64,000 nt of DNA from an uncultured delta proteobacterium (lineage in GTDB: Bacteria > Myxococcota_A > Polyangia > Polyangiales > JAFGIB01). Position 1 is the stretch's first letter, and the number at the start of each line of letters is the position of its first letter. The stretch is from positions 640,001 to 704,000 of the forward strand of contig CAVZVA010000003.1 in NCBI GenBank assembly GCA_963778655.1. The letters are read 5' to 3'. Below, piece after piece: positions 12,246 to 21,530 of this stretch. The notes below the pieces were generated by a model. That model saw only the letters and a list, made by a program, of their open reading frames with translations, ran no database searches and was not told the DNA's origin. Position numbers and translations under genes: made by a program.

Positions 12246-13862
12246 CTACTCCGCGGGCACGGGCACGGGCCCTGCGGCGGGCAGCGCCGTTGCCGCGGCA
12301 GGTTCTTGCTCAGCGTGCGTGCTGGGCGAGGTCGCAGTTGCGGTTGCGAGCTTGGCGCAGCCGAGCAGGAATCCCGACACGGCCAGATAGCTCATCGCCA
12401 CCACCGGGGTCTGACCCAGGCCGATCGCCTCGCCGTGCATGAAGCCGAAGAAGGTAAGCGTCGCGCCGGCCAGTGCGAAGCCCGCGGCCTTGCCGAACTG
12501 GCGATCGATCACGAACACGCCGATCGCGCCCAGAATCAGGCCGCCCAGAATCGAGCCGCCGCCGAGCACCGCCATCCCGTGATACAGCACGCCGGTCTGG
12601 CCGAGCTTGTCCATGCCGACCGCGGTCGCGCTGGTGCCGGCGGCGCCGAGCGCGTTGTCGATCTGCAGCTTGCCCCACGCCGCCAGGTGCGGGGTCAGCG
12701 CGAGCACGATCGCCGGCGCGTGCTTCTTGGGCGTCTCCTGGAACGCCTGCGCCCCGATCAGCATGCCGATGTAGAGCAGGATCGGCGAGATCGCGACCAC
12801 GGGGATCAACGACACCATCACGGAAATGATGCCGAGCCACGAGAGCGCGATCACGGCGAGACCGGTGGCGGCCGAGTAGCCGATGCGACCGCCCATCGCC
12901 TTCCAGCCCGGGTGCCCGATGTAGACGGCGTTGATGAACGGATTGCCCATCAGGCAGCCGATCAGGCTGACCACGCCATCGGCGGTCAGCACGCGCGTGG
13001 TGGGGAAGCTGTCGCCGGCCACGCTGGCGCTCTCCACGTTGTCGATCGCCTCGACCAGATCGTAGATGCCGAAGGGTATCGCGGTCACCAGGATCACCCC
13101 CAGGAACTGGAAGCCCGAGAACACGTGGCCCGCGGCGGGCAGCGGCAACGCGAAGCCGAAGTTGGCGACCGAATCGGCGAGCTTGCCGAGGCTCATCTCG
13201 CCGTAGCCGAGCCCGAGCGCGCTCGAGCCCCACGCGATCGCCGTGCCGACCGCAATCGCGACCAGCCCCGCGGGGGTGCCCTTGAAGTAGCGCACCCCGC
13301 CGAACCAGCTGGCGAGGATCACCGCGAAGCACACCACGCCGATGAACGGCGTCATGAACATCTCGAGCGCGGGCCGCATCGAGATGAAGGTCACCGATAC
13401 ACCCGCCAGCGTGCCGAGCAGGGCCGCGCGCGGCGTGATCTTGCGGATCACCGGCGCGATGAAACCGCCGGCCATCAGCACGAAGCTCTGGATGAATACC
13501 CAGGTCAGGCCGGCTTCCCAGCCCTTCACCGGATCGTGGGTCTTGCTGGCGATCGGCAGCATGATCACGAACGTGACCACGAACATGTGCGGCACGCTGA
13601 TGCCGGAGGGCAGCGCGCAGACGTCAGTGCGCCCGGTGCGCTTGGCCAGGCGGTAGGCGAGCCACGCGTAGTACAGCGTGCTCAGGCACAACATCAGGCC
13701 GGTCGCCGGCAGGATGCGGTGAAAGACCAAGTCGTCGGGCATCTTCAGCACGAAGCGCAACAGCCCAGTCAACACCAGCAAGTTGACCAGGATGTTGGTT
13801 CCGAAGCCGAAGAAAGCGTTCCAGTCGCCGGGCGTCCAGATCTTTGGTTTGGTTTCGACCAT
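12246..13862 (-). CDS. Nucleobase-type permease (NCS2/AzgA-like)
   Basis: About 12-14 hydrophobic helices; TPRAALLGTLAG, VESASVAGD, YIGHPGWKAMGGRIGYS. Confidence 0.8.
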   Translation of the reverse strand: MVETKPKIWTPGDWNAFFGFGTNILVNLLVLTGLLRFVLKMPDDLVFHRILPATGLMLCLSTLYYAWLAYRLAKRTGRTDVCALPSGISVPHMFVVTFVIMLPIASKTHDPVKGWEAGLTWVFIQSFVLMAGGFIAPVIRKITPRAALLGTLAGVSVTFISMRPALEMFMTPFIGVVCFAVILASWFGGVRYFKGTPAGLVAIAVGTAIAWGSSALGLGYGEMSLGKLADSVANFGFALPLPAAGHVFSGFQFLGVILVTAIPFGIYDLVEAIDNVESASVAGDSFPTTRVLTADGVVSLIGCLMGNPFINAVYIGHPGWKAMGGRIGYSAATGLAVIALSWLGIISVMVSLIPVVAISPILLYIGMLIGAQAFQETPKKHAPAIVLALTPHLAAWGKLQIDNALGAAGTSATAVGMDKLGQTGVLYHGMAVLGGGSILGGLILGAIGVFVIDRQFGKAAGFALAGATLTFFGFMHGEAIGLGQTPVVAMSYLAVSGFLLGCAKLATATATSPSTHAEQEPAAATALPAAGPVPVPAE

Positions 13863-13887
13863 ATCGAACCTCTCACCTGTGGCGTGC

Positions 13888-14592
13888 TCAATCCATCGTC
13901 GTGGCGCGCGAAGACAGAGGGGCCTGCGCCAAGGCAGCCAGAACTCGTGACGAATCGCTGACCCAGCCGAAGATGCCTCCCTGCGCCTTGATCATGCGCA
14001 GGCCGATCTCGTGGAGCTCGGGGAAGTAGGAGGCGCAACAATCGCCGGGCACGATGCAGCGGAAGCCGCGATCGTTGGCCTCGCGCACCGTCGTGTGTAC
14101 ACAGACCTCGGTCGTCACCCCGCACACGATCAAATTCTCGATCCTGCGGTTGCCGAGCAGCGCGTGCAGGTCGGTAGCGTAGAACGCGCCCTTGCCCGGC
14201 TTGTCGACCACGGGCTCGGCGGGTTGGGGGTAGAGCTCGGAGACGATGTCGTGACCGGGCTCGCCGCGGATCAGGATGCGGCCCATTGGGCCGGGGGCGC
14301 CGATGCGCAGGCTGGGCGCCCCGCGCTCGACCTTGGCCGGTGGCGCGTCCGACAGATCGGGGCGGTGTCCTTCGCGCGTGTGGATCACGAGCAAACGCCT
14401 GCGTCGCGCTTCGTCGAGCAAGGCCTTGCAGGGCGCGACCGCGCGCTGCAGCAGCGACACGTCGTTGCCGAGCGTTTCCCCGAACCCGCCCGGCTCGAGA
14501 AAATCGCGCTGCATGTCGATGATGATCAGAGCCGTCCGCTCGAGATGAATCGCGATGGGCTCCGGTTCCGCGTCGATGATCGCTGTGGCCAT
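13888..14592 (-). CDS. trtA: Isochorismatase-family cysteine hydrolase, triuret hydrolase-like
   Basis: IDMQRDF..GGFG..LGNDV, HTREGH, DKPGKGAFYAT, GVTTEVCV, SYFP; these match the TrtA pattern rather than BiuH (GGY, TTDVC) as I recall it. Confidence 0.7.
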   Translation of the reverse strand: MATAIIDAEPEPIAIHLERTALIIIDMQRDFLEPGGFGETLGNDVSLLQRAVAPCKALLDEARRRRLLVIHTREGHRPDLSDAPPAKVERGAPSLRIGAPGPMGRILIRGEPGHDIVSELYPQPAEPVVDKPGKGAFYATDLHALLGNRRIENLIVCGVTTEVCVHTTVREANDRGFRCIVPGDCCASYFPELHEIGLRMIKAQGGIFGWVSDSSRVLAALAQAPLSSRATTMD

Positions 14593-14673
14593 GGTGCTCG
14601 CCTCGCCCCCGACCTATGTGCAGCTGTTGCCCGCAGCTGTAGGCCGGACGCCATTTCTGCGCGGTGTCGCCGG

Positions 14674-14693
14674 CGTAAATTGCCGTAAATTGC
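14674..14693. promoter_or_regulatory. 10-bp direct repeat in divergent promoter region
   Basis: cgtaaattgc-cgtaaattgc, AT-rich within a GC-rich background. Confidence 0.45.
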
Positions 14694-14732
14694 TGGCTCG
14701 ACAGGGAACTGACGGTGCCTACTGTATGCGGC

Positions 14733-15110
14733 ATGGACTTCGAAGCGATCGCCCGCCACGTGGCCGAAACGATCGAGCGCAGCGGCAGCGCCAAGGCCGT
14801 GTTCGGTGAGCCGCTCAAGCTGCAGACCCAAACCATCGTGCCGGTCGCGGTGGTCGAGGCGCGCGTCGGCGCCGGAATGGGGCACGCGCCCGTGGTTGGC
14901 GGCGGGGGCGGCGGCGGCATGAATCTCAGAGTCCTTCCCATCGGTTACATCCACGAGCGGGACGGCGCCGTGGTCTTCAGCCCGATCGAGCTGCCCGAGG
15001 ACCTGCGCGCCTCGCAGGCGGCGGCCGGCGCGGCCCGGCCACGCGAGCAGCGTCCCTTGGTGGCGCAGATGCTCAACCTGCTGCGCGAGCGCCGTCACGG
15101 CGGCGCCTGA
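14733..15110 (+). CDS. GerW/YtfJ-like small protein
   Basis: KAVFGEP..TIVPVA..GAGMG..GGGGGGG...PIGYI; start taken at ATG 14733. Confidence 0.8.
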   Translation: MDFEAIARHVAETIERSGSAKAVFGEPLKLQTQTIVPVAVVEARVGAGMGHAPVVGGGGGGGMNLRVLPIGYIHERDGAVVFSPIELPEDLRASQAAAGAARPREQRPLVAQMLNLLRERRHGGA

Positions 15111-15120
15111 GCGGGGTGGA

Positions 15121-15990
15121 TCAGCGCGGCTCGATCTGGATGTCGCGGGGGGCGATGCGCAACGTGCCCAGATGAGTGGGGATCGCCTGGTCGATCGCAA
15201 TCGTCGCCTGGAGGTCGCCGCGGAGCTGGGCGGGCAAAGCGCCCTGTAGCTTCACCGTCACCGGCAAGTCCGCGTCCAGGTGCGGATGAATGGTCTGGCG
15301 CACAGGCACCGACAGCTTGCGCTTGACCGGCACCCGCAGCGCCCCCTTCACGCGCACGTTCTGTTTGATCGGCACCTGCAGCTCGATCGGCACCGTCAGG
15401 TGCAGCGGCACGCGCAGCTTGCGGATGCCGAGCTTCAGACGGTCCCGCACGTGCACCTTCTGGTGCACCGGCACGCGCGTCTTGACCGCGACCTGGGCCT
15501 TGACTGGCACTTTGATCCCGAGGGCGGTGCTCACCTCGGTGTCGATCGGGATCACGGTGTCGATGGGAATCGAGTCGTCGACGAAGATATCGGTGTCGAT
15601 CGGCACCTCGAGCTGGCTCAGGTCGAGCTCGCGCTCGGTCAGCACCAGGTCGATGGGAACGCGCGTGGAGACCGCCACCCGCTCGTCGATCGCGACCGAG
15701 GTGTCGATAGGAACGTCGAGCGTGAAATCGAGCGGAACTTTGATCTTCTCGTCGAGCGGGATCGCCAGCTCGCCGAGCTTGACGTGCGCCTGAAGCTCCT
15801 TGTCGACCTCTACCTCGATCTGCTGCGACAACGCCGCACGCAGCGGGAGCTTGCCGCGGATCCACACCGGGATGTCCTGATCGAGCCGCACGACGATGGT
15901 CGCATGGCGATAGAGGGCCACGCCCAGGGCAGCCACGGCGCTCACGCCCACCGCCGCGGCGATCGACCAGCCGATCCATGTTCGCTTCAC
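15121..15990 (-). CDS. Membrane-anchored beta-strand repeat protein of unknown function
   Basis: N-terminal TM helix, then alternating hydrophobic/polar strands with VPID / VPVK repeats; GGAGG RBS before GTG. Confidence 0.8.
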   Translation of the reverse strand: MKRTWIGWSIAAAVGVSAVAALGVALYRHATIVVRLDQDIPVWIRGKLPLRAALSQQIEVEVDKELQAHVKLGELAIPLDEKIKVPLDFTLDVPIDTSVAIDERVAVSTRVPIDLVLTERELDLSQLEVPIDTDIFVDDSIPIDTVIPIDTEVSTALGIKVPVKAQVAVKTRVPVHQKVHVRDRLKLGIRKLRVPLHLTVPIELQVPIKQNVRVKGALRVPVKRKLSVPVRQTIHPHLDADLPVTVKLQGALPAQLRGDLQATIAIDQAIPTHLGTLRIAPRDIQIEPR

Positions 15991-16148
15991 GCTCGCCTCC
16001 TGGGTTGGCGGCCATCCTACAGCCGCAGCCTCAAGAGCCCGTGATTTGTGCTCGCCACGGCACGAATGACCCGTGCTGGCGGCAGGCTACGACACCCAGC
16101 GGTGAGGGTCGTTTGACTCAGGCGCCGCGCCAGCCTGCCTGCAGCGCG

Positions 16149-19100
16149 TCAGGCGCTTTGGGCCAGGGCGGTCGCGGCCTCCTGACCCGCGCCCTTCATC
16201 CCGATCGCCTGCGCTTCGTCGCGCGCGCGCGCCAGCAGGTCTCGCGCGCTGGCGCGGTGACCCAGGCGCGCGGCGAGCTGACCGTGGGCGAGCAGCGTGC
16301 GCACGACGCCGGCCCGGTAGCCCATTCCGCGGTTGCGCTCCAGCGCGCGCTCGAAGTGTGCCCCGGCCCTCACGCTGCGGCCGGTGGCCTGCGCGAGCAA
16401 CCCCAGGAAGTACGAGACCGAGCCCAGGTAGTAGCCCATCTGGCTCGGCGTGTTGAGCTCGGCGTAGGGCTCGAGCAGCGCCAGCAGCTGCTCGCACAGC
16501 GGTTTGTCGTCGAGCGCGGCCGCGCTCACGGCGATGTTGGCGAGCATATTGAGGTAGTAGCCGTCCCGCGGATGGCCGCTCGGGTCGCCGACGATCGAGA
16601 GCTGCTTGCGCGCGAGCTCGTGCTGCCCCGCCTCGGCCGCGACGCGCGCCGTGCTCGCGCGCATCGCGGTGGTCATGTCCACCAGCGCGGCGCTGGCCAG
16701 CACCCCGCGCGCAGCCACGGCCTTGGCTCCCTCGCGTTCGAGGGCGACCGTCAACGTGTGGGTGCGGTAGAACAGGTCCGCGTACGAGACGCCGGCGCGC
16801 AGCGCGGCGATCCGCAGCTTCTCGAAGCGGCGCTCCGATTCATCGAAGCGGCCGTCGAGGAAGCAGCGTTGCGCGGCGAGGCGGTCGCAGAAGAAGGTGG
16901 CTTCCGGCCAGTGTTGCTGGCCGATTCCCGCCTTCATCTGCTCGAGCGCGAGGTCCGCTTCTGCGATGCGCCCGGCCAGCAGGTGGGCAGAAAAGCGGGC
17001 GCCGAGCGCGTCACCCGTATACCAGGTGCGCTGGCCGGCCTCGACGGCGAGCATGCGATCGGCGACCTGCAACAGCTCCTCTATGTCGTCGGGGCCGCTG
17101 AGCGCGAACAGCCGGGCGCGAAGCGCCTCCAGCGTGGGCTCGGCGCCCGGGAGCTCGAACGCGAGTGCCTCCGCCCGCGCGCTCAGCTGCTTGCTGCGCG
17201 ACATGTCGCTCGCATACGGAGGCATGTACGCGAGCTGGGACAACGCGCTGACCAGCGTCGGGCTCGGCGCCTCGGACAGGCGTTGCAACACGCCTTCGAG
17301 CGCCGCGCGCGACGGCGCGTCGGGCACCATCGACATCGCCACGGTCGGCCGCCGCAAGCGCGTCGCCTGCGTCACCAGATCTTCCATCCCCGGCTGTTGG
17401 GCCAGCTCGAGCAAGCGCGCGCTGGTTTCGAGCGCGTCGTGGGTGCGGCCGGCCAGCCGCTGGGCGGTCGCCAGCGACAGCAACAGCTGGGCACGCGTGC
17501 GCGCGTCGGCGCCACCCGCGAAGACCTGAGCCTCGAGCGCCCAGCTGTAGTAGCTCACGGCGTGCTCGTGGTCGAACACGCGCTGCGCCGCGTCGCCGGC
17601 TCTGCGCGCGTGCGTCATCACGGCCAGGTGATCGCCCGCCGGCAGCGATAAGTAGAAGTGCCGGGCGACCTCGCCCAACTTGCGGGCGTCGTCGGGCCGG
17701 GTCAGCAGCAGCGTCCCGAGCTTGCGGTGCAACGCCACCCGCTCGGACATGGGCACGTCCTCGTAGAGCACCGATTGAAACAGCGCGTGAACGAAGGTGT
17801 AGGTGTGCGGAGCGTCGCTCTTGATCTGGCCCTCAGAGAGCGCGGGCTCCAGCCGCTCGAGCAACACCTCGGGCTCGATCTCGGCGATCGTCAACAGCAG
17901 CGATAGATCGAAGCTCTCGCCGATCACAGCGGCCGTCCCCAGCAAGTCTACGGTGGGTTGCGGAAGCCGGCGCATGCGCTCGCGCAGCAGATCGCGTGCC
18001 AGGCGCGGGACGCGCACTGCATCGGCGGTGAGGTGCTCGAACGCCTGCTCCCCGTGCTCGCGCACCAGCGAGCGGACGATCTCCTCCACGAACAGCGGCA
18101 CGCCGCCGGCCGCGCGCCGCACCGCCTCCGCCAACTCGCGCGTGGGTTGTTGGTGGGCGATGATGCGACTGAGCTCCGCGACCTGCTCGGTGTCGAGCCT
18201 GCTGAGAGCCACGGTACGCCCTTGCCTGAGCACGCGACGCAACGGCTGATCGCGCGAGCTGCCTGGCTGGAGCTCGCCTTCGCGCAGCGTGACCACGATG
18301 CACAGCGGCAGCTCCTCGAGCTCCGGCGCCAGCAGCCCGAGCAAGTCCAAGGTGCTGGCGTCGGCCCACTGCACGTCGTCGAGCACCAGCAACGTGGGCC
18401 CGGTGGCAGCCAGGTCGCGCAGCACTCCGGCCACGTGCTCGATCGACAAGAAGCGGCCTGCGCTCGCCCGCTCGAGCCCGGGCGCGCCGCCCGGGTCGTC
18501 GGCGCCGCCGATGTCAGAGATCATGCGGGTCGCCCGCGCCGCGAGCTGCGGGTGCTCGCGGGCCAACCCGCGCAGGGCTGCGGCGATCGGCCAAAACGGG
18601 GGCGCGGTGGCTTCCTGGGGACAGCGTCCGATCAGGGTCTTGACGTTCCGCTCGGCGACGCCAGCGGCGAGCTCCTGCGCGCAGCGCGTCTTGCCGATGC
18701 CCGCCTCGCCGGTGATGACGCAGAGCGATCCACGACCCGCGATCGCTTCCTCCACCCGCTGCCGCAGCTCCGACATGGCCCGTTCGCGGCCCACGAAGTT
18801 GGACGAAGGGCGCGGCGCGATCGAGGCCGCGCCGGCTTCGGGCGCCGCATCGGTCCCGGAGGTGAGCTCGGCGTTGAAGCGGTAGCCCCGTCCCGCGATC
18901 GTCTCTATCGGATGTCGGGCGCCGCGCGGTTGGCCCAGCGCCTGCCTGATGTGGCTGACGCACCAGGCGATCACGTTTTCGTTGACCGCCTCGTCGTGCC
19001 ACAGCTCGTGCAGCAACTCGCCCTTGGTCACCACGGCGCCGTGGTGCTCGACCAGATAGCGGAGCACGTCGAAGACCTTGGGCTGCATCGGCAGCACGCG

Positions 19101-19166
19101 CCCCCCGCGCTTGAGCGCGAAGCGGCTGAGGTCCAGCTCGAAGCTCCCGAACCGATACCAGCCCAC
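16149..19166 (-). CDS. Winged-helix + AAA ATPase + TPR-like transcriptional regulator
   Basis: YRFGSFELD..LRYL..VVTKGELL..IETIAGRGYRF; FVGRERAM, GEAGIGKT, LVLDDVQWAD, GGVPLFVEE. Confidence 0.88.
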   Translation of the reverse strand: MGWYRFGSFELDLSRFALKRGGRVLPMQPKVFDVLRYLVEHHGAVVTKGELLHELWHDEAVNENVIAWCVSHIRQALGQPRGARHPIETIAGRGYRFNAELTSGTDAAPEAGAASIAPRPSSNFVGRERAMSELRQRVEEAIAGRGSLCVITGEAGIGKTRCAQELAAGVAERNVKTLIGRCPQEATAPPFWPIAAALRGLAREHPQLAARATRMISDIGGADDPGGAPGLERASAGRFLSIEHVAGVLRDLAATGPTLLVLDDVQWADASTLDLLGLLAPELEELPLCIVVTLREGELQPGSSRDQPLRRVLRQGRTVALSRLDTEQVAELSRIIAHQQPTRELAEAVRRAAGGVPLFVEEIVRSLVREHGEQAFEHLTADAVRVPRLARDLLRERMRRLPQPTVDLLGTAAVIGESFDLSLLLTIAEIEPEVLLERLEPALSEGQIKSDAPHTYTFVHALFQSVLYEDVPMSERVALHRKLGTLLLTRPDDARKLGEVARHFYLSLPAGDHLAVMTHARRAGDAAQRVFDHEHAVSYYSWALEAQVFAGGADARTRAQLLLSLATAQRLAGRTHDALETSARLLELAQQPGMEDLVTQATRLRRPTVAMSMVPDAPSRAALEGVLQRLSEAPSPTLVSALSQLAYMPPYASDMSRSKQLSARAEALAFELPGAEPTLEALRARLFALSGPDDIEELLQVADRMLAVEAGQRTWYTGDALGARFSAHLLAGRIAEADLALEQMKAGIGQQHWPEATFFCDRLAAQRCFLDGRFDESERRFEKLRIAALRAGVSYADLFYRTHTLTVALEREGAKAVAARGVLASAALVDMTTAMRASTARVAAEAGQHELARKQLSIVGDPSGHPRDGYYLNMLANIAVSAAALDDKPLCEQLLALLEPYAELNTPSQMGYYLGSVSYFLGLLAQATGRSVRAGAHFERALERNRGMGYRAGVVRTLLAHGQLAARLGHRASARDLLARARDEAQAIGMKGAGQEAATALAQSA

Positions 19167-19272
19167 GACTCACTCTAGCACTGGGGTCACACCCTGAACA
19201 CCGGAGCCCGTGCTCCCCTCGCGGCGCGCGGCCCGGCGCAAGGCTCCTGCGTCGAGACCATTTCGATCGCCG

Positions 19273-20448
19273 CTACATCGACTTCAGATACATCGAAAGC
19301 TCGGCGTCCATCGGGGCGTTGAGCACGTCGAGGTAACGCATGTCGTCTTCCAGGTAGACCTTGTAGAAGGCGATCATGTACTTCGACTGGCCGTCGTAGG
19401 AGGTGCCCAGATCGTTGGTCGTGAGGAAGTGGCTCGCGCCCGAAAACTCGACGTAGTACTTCGGCACGGTGTCAGGAACGCTCTGGTAGAAGGGCAGCGC
19501 ATTCTGCGCGACCGCAGCCACCGTGTCCGCCTGCGCGGCGATGAACATGATCGGCGCGCTGACCATCGGGAACACCAGGCCGGGCTCCCACGGTTGCAGC
19601 GGCACCGCGCAGCGGATCATGTTGCCCAGCGTGTTCGCCGCGATCATCGTGCCGCCGCCGCCCATCGAGTGGCCGGTGATGCAGATGCGGTCGGTCGCGA
19701 GCTTGCCCTTGAGCGGGCTGCCGTCGCGCGTGTTTTCCTTCTGGACCACTGCGATCCCGGCCTGGAGATCCACCGCTCGCTGGTCAGGAAGATCGGCCGT
19801 CGTGGTCGGCGTGGTCAGCATGATCGCAATGCCGTGCGAAGCCAGCAGCGGACCGAGGAAGGTCTCGTATTGCTCCTTGGTGGCGGTGAAGCCGGGAGAG
19901 AACACCACAGCCCCGAAGGGCGGGTCCGCGTCGGTCGGGTAGTACATGACGGCCGAGTCGTACGCCGGGTCATCGATGCCCATGGTGTAGCTATCGAAGG
20001 CGTGCGGCCCCATCTGGTTGGTGTCGACCGGCTCGGCCTTGGGGAAGCCGCCGGGTCCCGCCGCGGGCGCAGGCGCGCCAGCGGCCCCGCTCCCGGCCGC
20101 GCCGCCGCCGCCCGCCAGCGCCGGCATTGCGGCGCCGCCGACCATGCCCGTTCCGGCGCCGCCGACCATGCCCGTTCCGGCACCGCCGTTCACGGAGGCC
20201 GCGGGCGGCATCCCACCGGAGGTGCCGCCGCTGCCCGACCGCGTGCCCGGATTGGCCGGCACCACGCCGTTGTTGGTGGGAGGGGGCGCGGGCGTGCCGC
20301 CCGTGCCGATCGGGTTGCCCGCCGTCCCGAGCTGTCCGCCTGTGCCTTGCGTCCCGTTGGGCGTGCCCGTTCCGCCCTTGGCACCTTGAGAGCAACCCGC
20401 GATCGCCAGCACGATCGAAAGCACGCCTAACGCTGTCCACTTGCCCAT
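19273..20448 (-). CDS. Cutinase/PETase-like alpha/beta hydrolase lipoprotein
   Basis: Lipobox LAIAG-C, Gly/Ala/Pro linker, SPGFTA, GHSMGGGG, LQPW, AQADTVA, GASHF. Confidence 0.85.
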   Translation of the reverse strand: MGKWTALGVLSIVLAIAGCSQGAKGGTGTPNGTQGTGGQLGTAGNPIGTGGTPAPPPTNNGVVPANPGTRSGSGGTSGGMPPAASVNGGAGTGMVGGAGTGMVGGAAMPALAGGGGAAGSGAAGAPAPAAGPGGFPKAEPVDTNQMGPHAFDSYTMGIDDPAYDSAVMYYPTDADPPFGAVVFSPGFTATKEQYETFLGPLLASHGIAIMLTTPTTTADLPDQRAVDLQAGIAVVQKENTRDGSPLKGKLATDRICITGHSMGGGGTMIAANTLGNMIRCAVPLQPWEPGLVFPMVSAPIMFIAAQADTVAAVAQNALPFYQSVPDTVPKYYVEFSGASHFLTTNDLGTSYDGQSKYMIAFYKVYLEDDMRYLDVLNAPMDAELSMYLKSM

Positions 20449-20713
20449 GATGTCCACCACCCGGAGGCGCAGGAGAGGATCCGCCTGCGCACCTCCAACC
20501 ACGCCCACCTTGACGCGGACGCCCCTACCCTGTCCTTGGCCCGTCTGTGCACGCCTGCGGCTCCCAAGTCTTGGGGGGTCTCGGCCGTCCTCCTCGCCGC
20601 CGCGAGCCGTGTGAGGCGTGGCTCGCATCCCTTTGACGTCCGTACGTGTGCGCAGGCCGCCTCTTGTGCCCCTGCTGGCCTGCGGCTACCAGTCTACGGC
20701 TGGAGGGCCGCCA

Positions 20714-21418
20714 ATGACGAACGATTGGGAAGTGTTGGACGCGGCATTCCCGCTCTGGACATGGCCGTACTCGTTCGGCTCGGGCAGGGCCAACGCGCTC
20801 GCGATCGGAATCGAAGGCGGCCTGGCCGTGGTCAGCCCGCCGTGCAACGTGCCCGATGCGGCCTACGACGCGGTGCGGGAAAAGGGGCCGGTCAAGGCGC
20901 TGGTGGCCTCGAACGCCTTTCACCACCTCGGCCTGCCCGCGTGGAAGCAGCAATTTCCGGAGGCGGCCGTGTTCGCCCCCGCGCAGTCGCTGGCGCGGAT
21001 CGAGAAGCAGTCGGGCCTGAGCGGCATTCGCCCGCTCGCCGAGCTGGCGCCGATCGCCGGGCCTCGCGTGGATTTCATCGACCTGCCTCACTTCAAGGAC
21101 AAGCTGGGAGAGGCCCTGGTTCGCGCGCGCACGGACGCGGGTTGCGTCTGGTACACGACCGACATCTTGATGAACATCCCCGAGCTGCCGGTGCTGTCCG
21201 CGTTCGGGGTGCTGTTCCGATTGACCGGCACCGCCCCCGGCTTTCGCTTCGGCAACCTGCCGGCGATGTTGATGGTGCGCGACAAGACCGCGCTCAAGCG
21301 CTTTCTGATGGAGACCGCGGAGCAAGACCCTCCCTCGCTGGTCGTGACGGCGCACGGCGTCCCTGCGCGGCTCCAACAGCCCATGGCCGAGCTGCGAGCT
21401 GTCCTCGGCCCGCGCTAA
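20714..21418 (+). CDS. Hypothetical protein, metallo-beta-lactamase-like (DUF4336-like) fold
   Basis: LAVVSP, GPVKALVASNAFHHLG, TTD, VTAHG; GGAGG before ATG 20714. Confidence 0.65.
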   Translation: MTNDWEVLDAAFPLWTWPYSFGSGRANALAIGIEGGLAVVSPPCNVPDAAYDAVREKGPVKALVASNAFHHLGLPAWKQQFPEAAVFAPAQSLARIEKQSGLSGIRPLAELAPIAGPRVDFIDLPHFKDKLGEALVRARTDAGCVWYTTDILMNIPELPVLSAFGVLFRLTGTAPGFRFGNLPAMLMVRDKTALKRFLMETAEQDPPSLVVTAHGVPARLQQPMAELRAVLGPR

Positions 21419-21530
21419 AGGCGCGGCGCGAGCCTGCAACGCGCTGCACTTTCGACCCGCCCCGGCAATCGTCTGGGGAGCGTTTCCGTGACCCGCCTGG
21501 GCCCGCCGGTTGCACCACAAGAAGCAACGG

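Noticed and set aside
14593..14732. Guanidine or other riboswitch upstream of the ureide hydrolase
   Set aside because: I could not identify the conserved motifs by eye; an Infernal/Rfam scan would be needed
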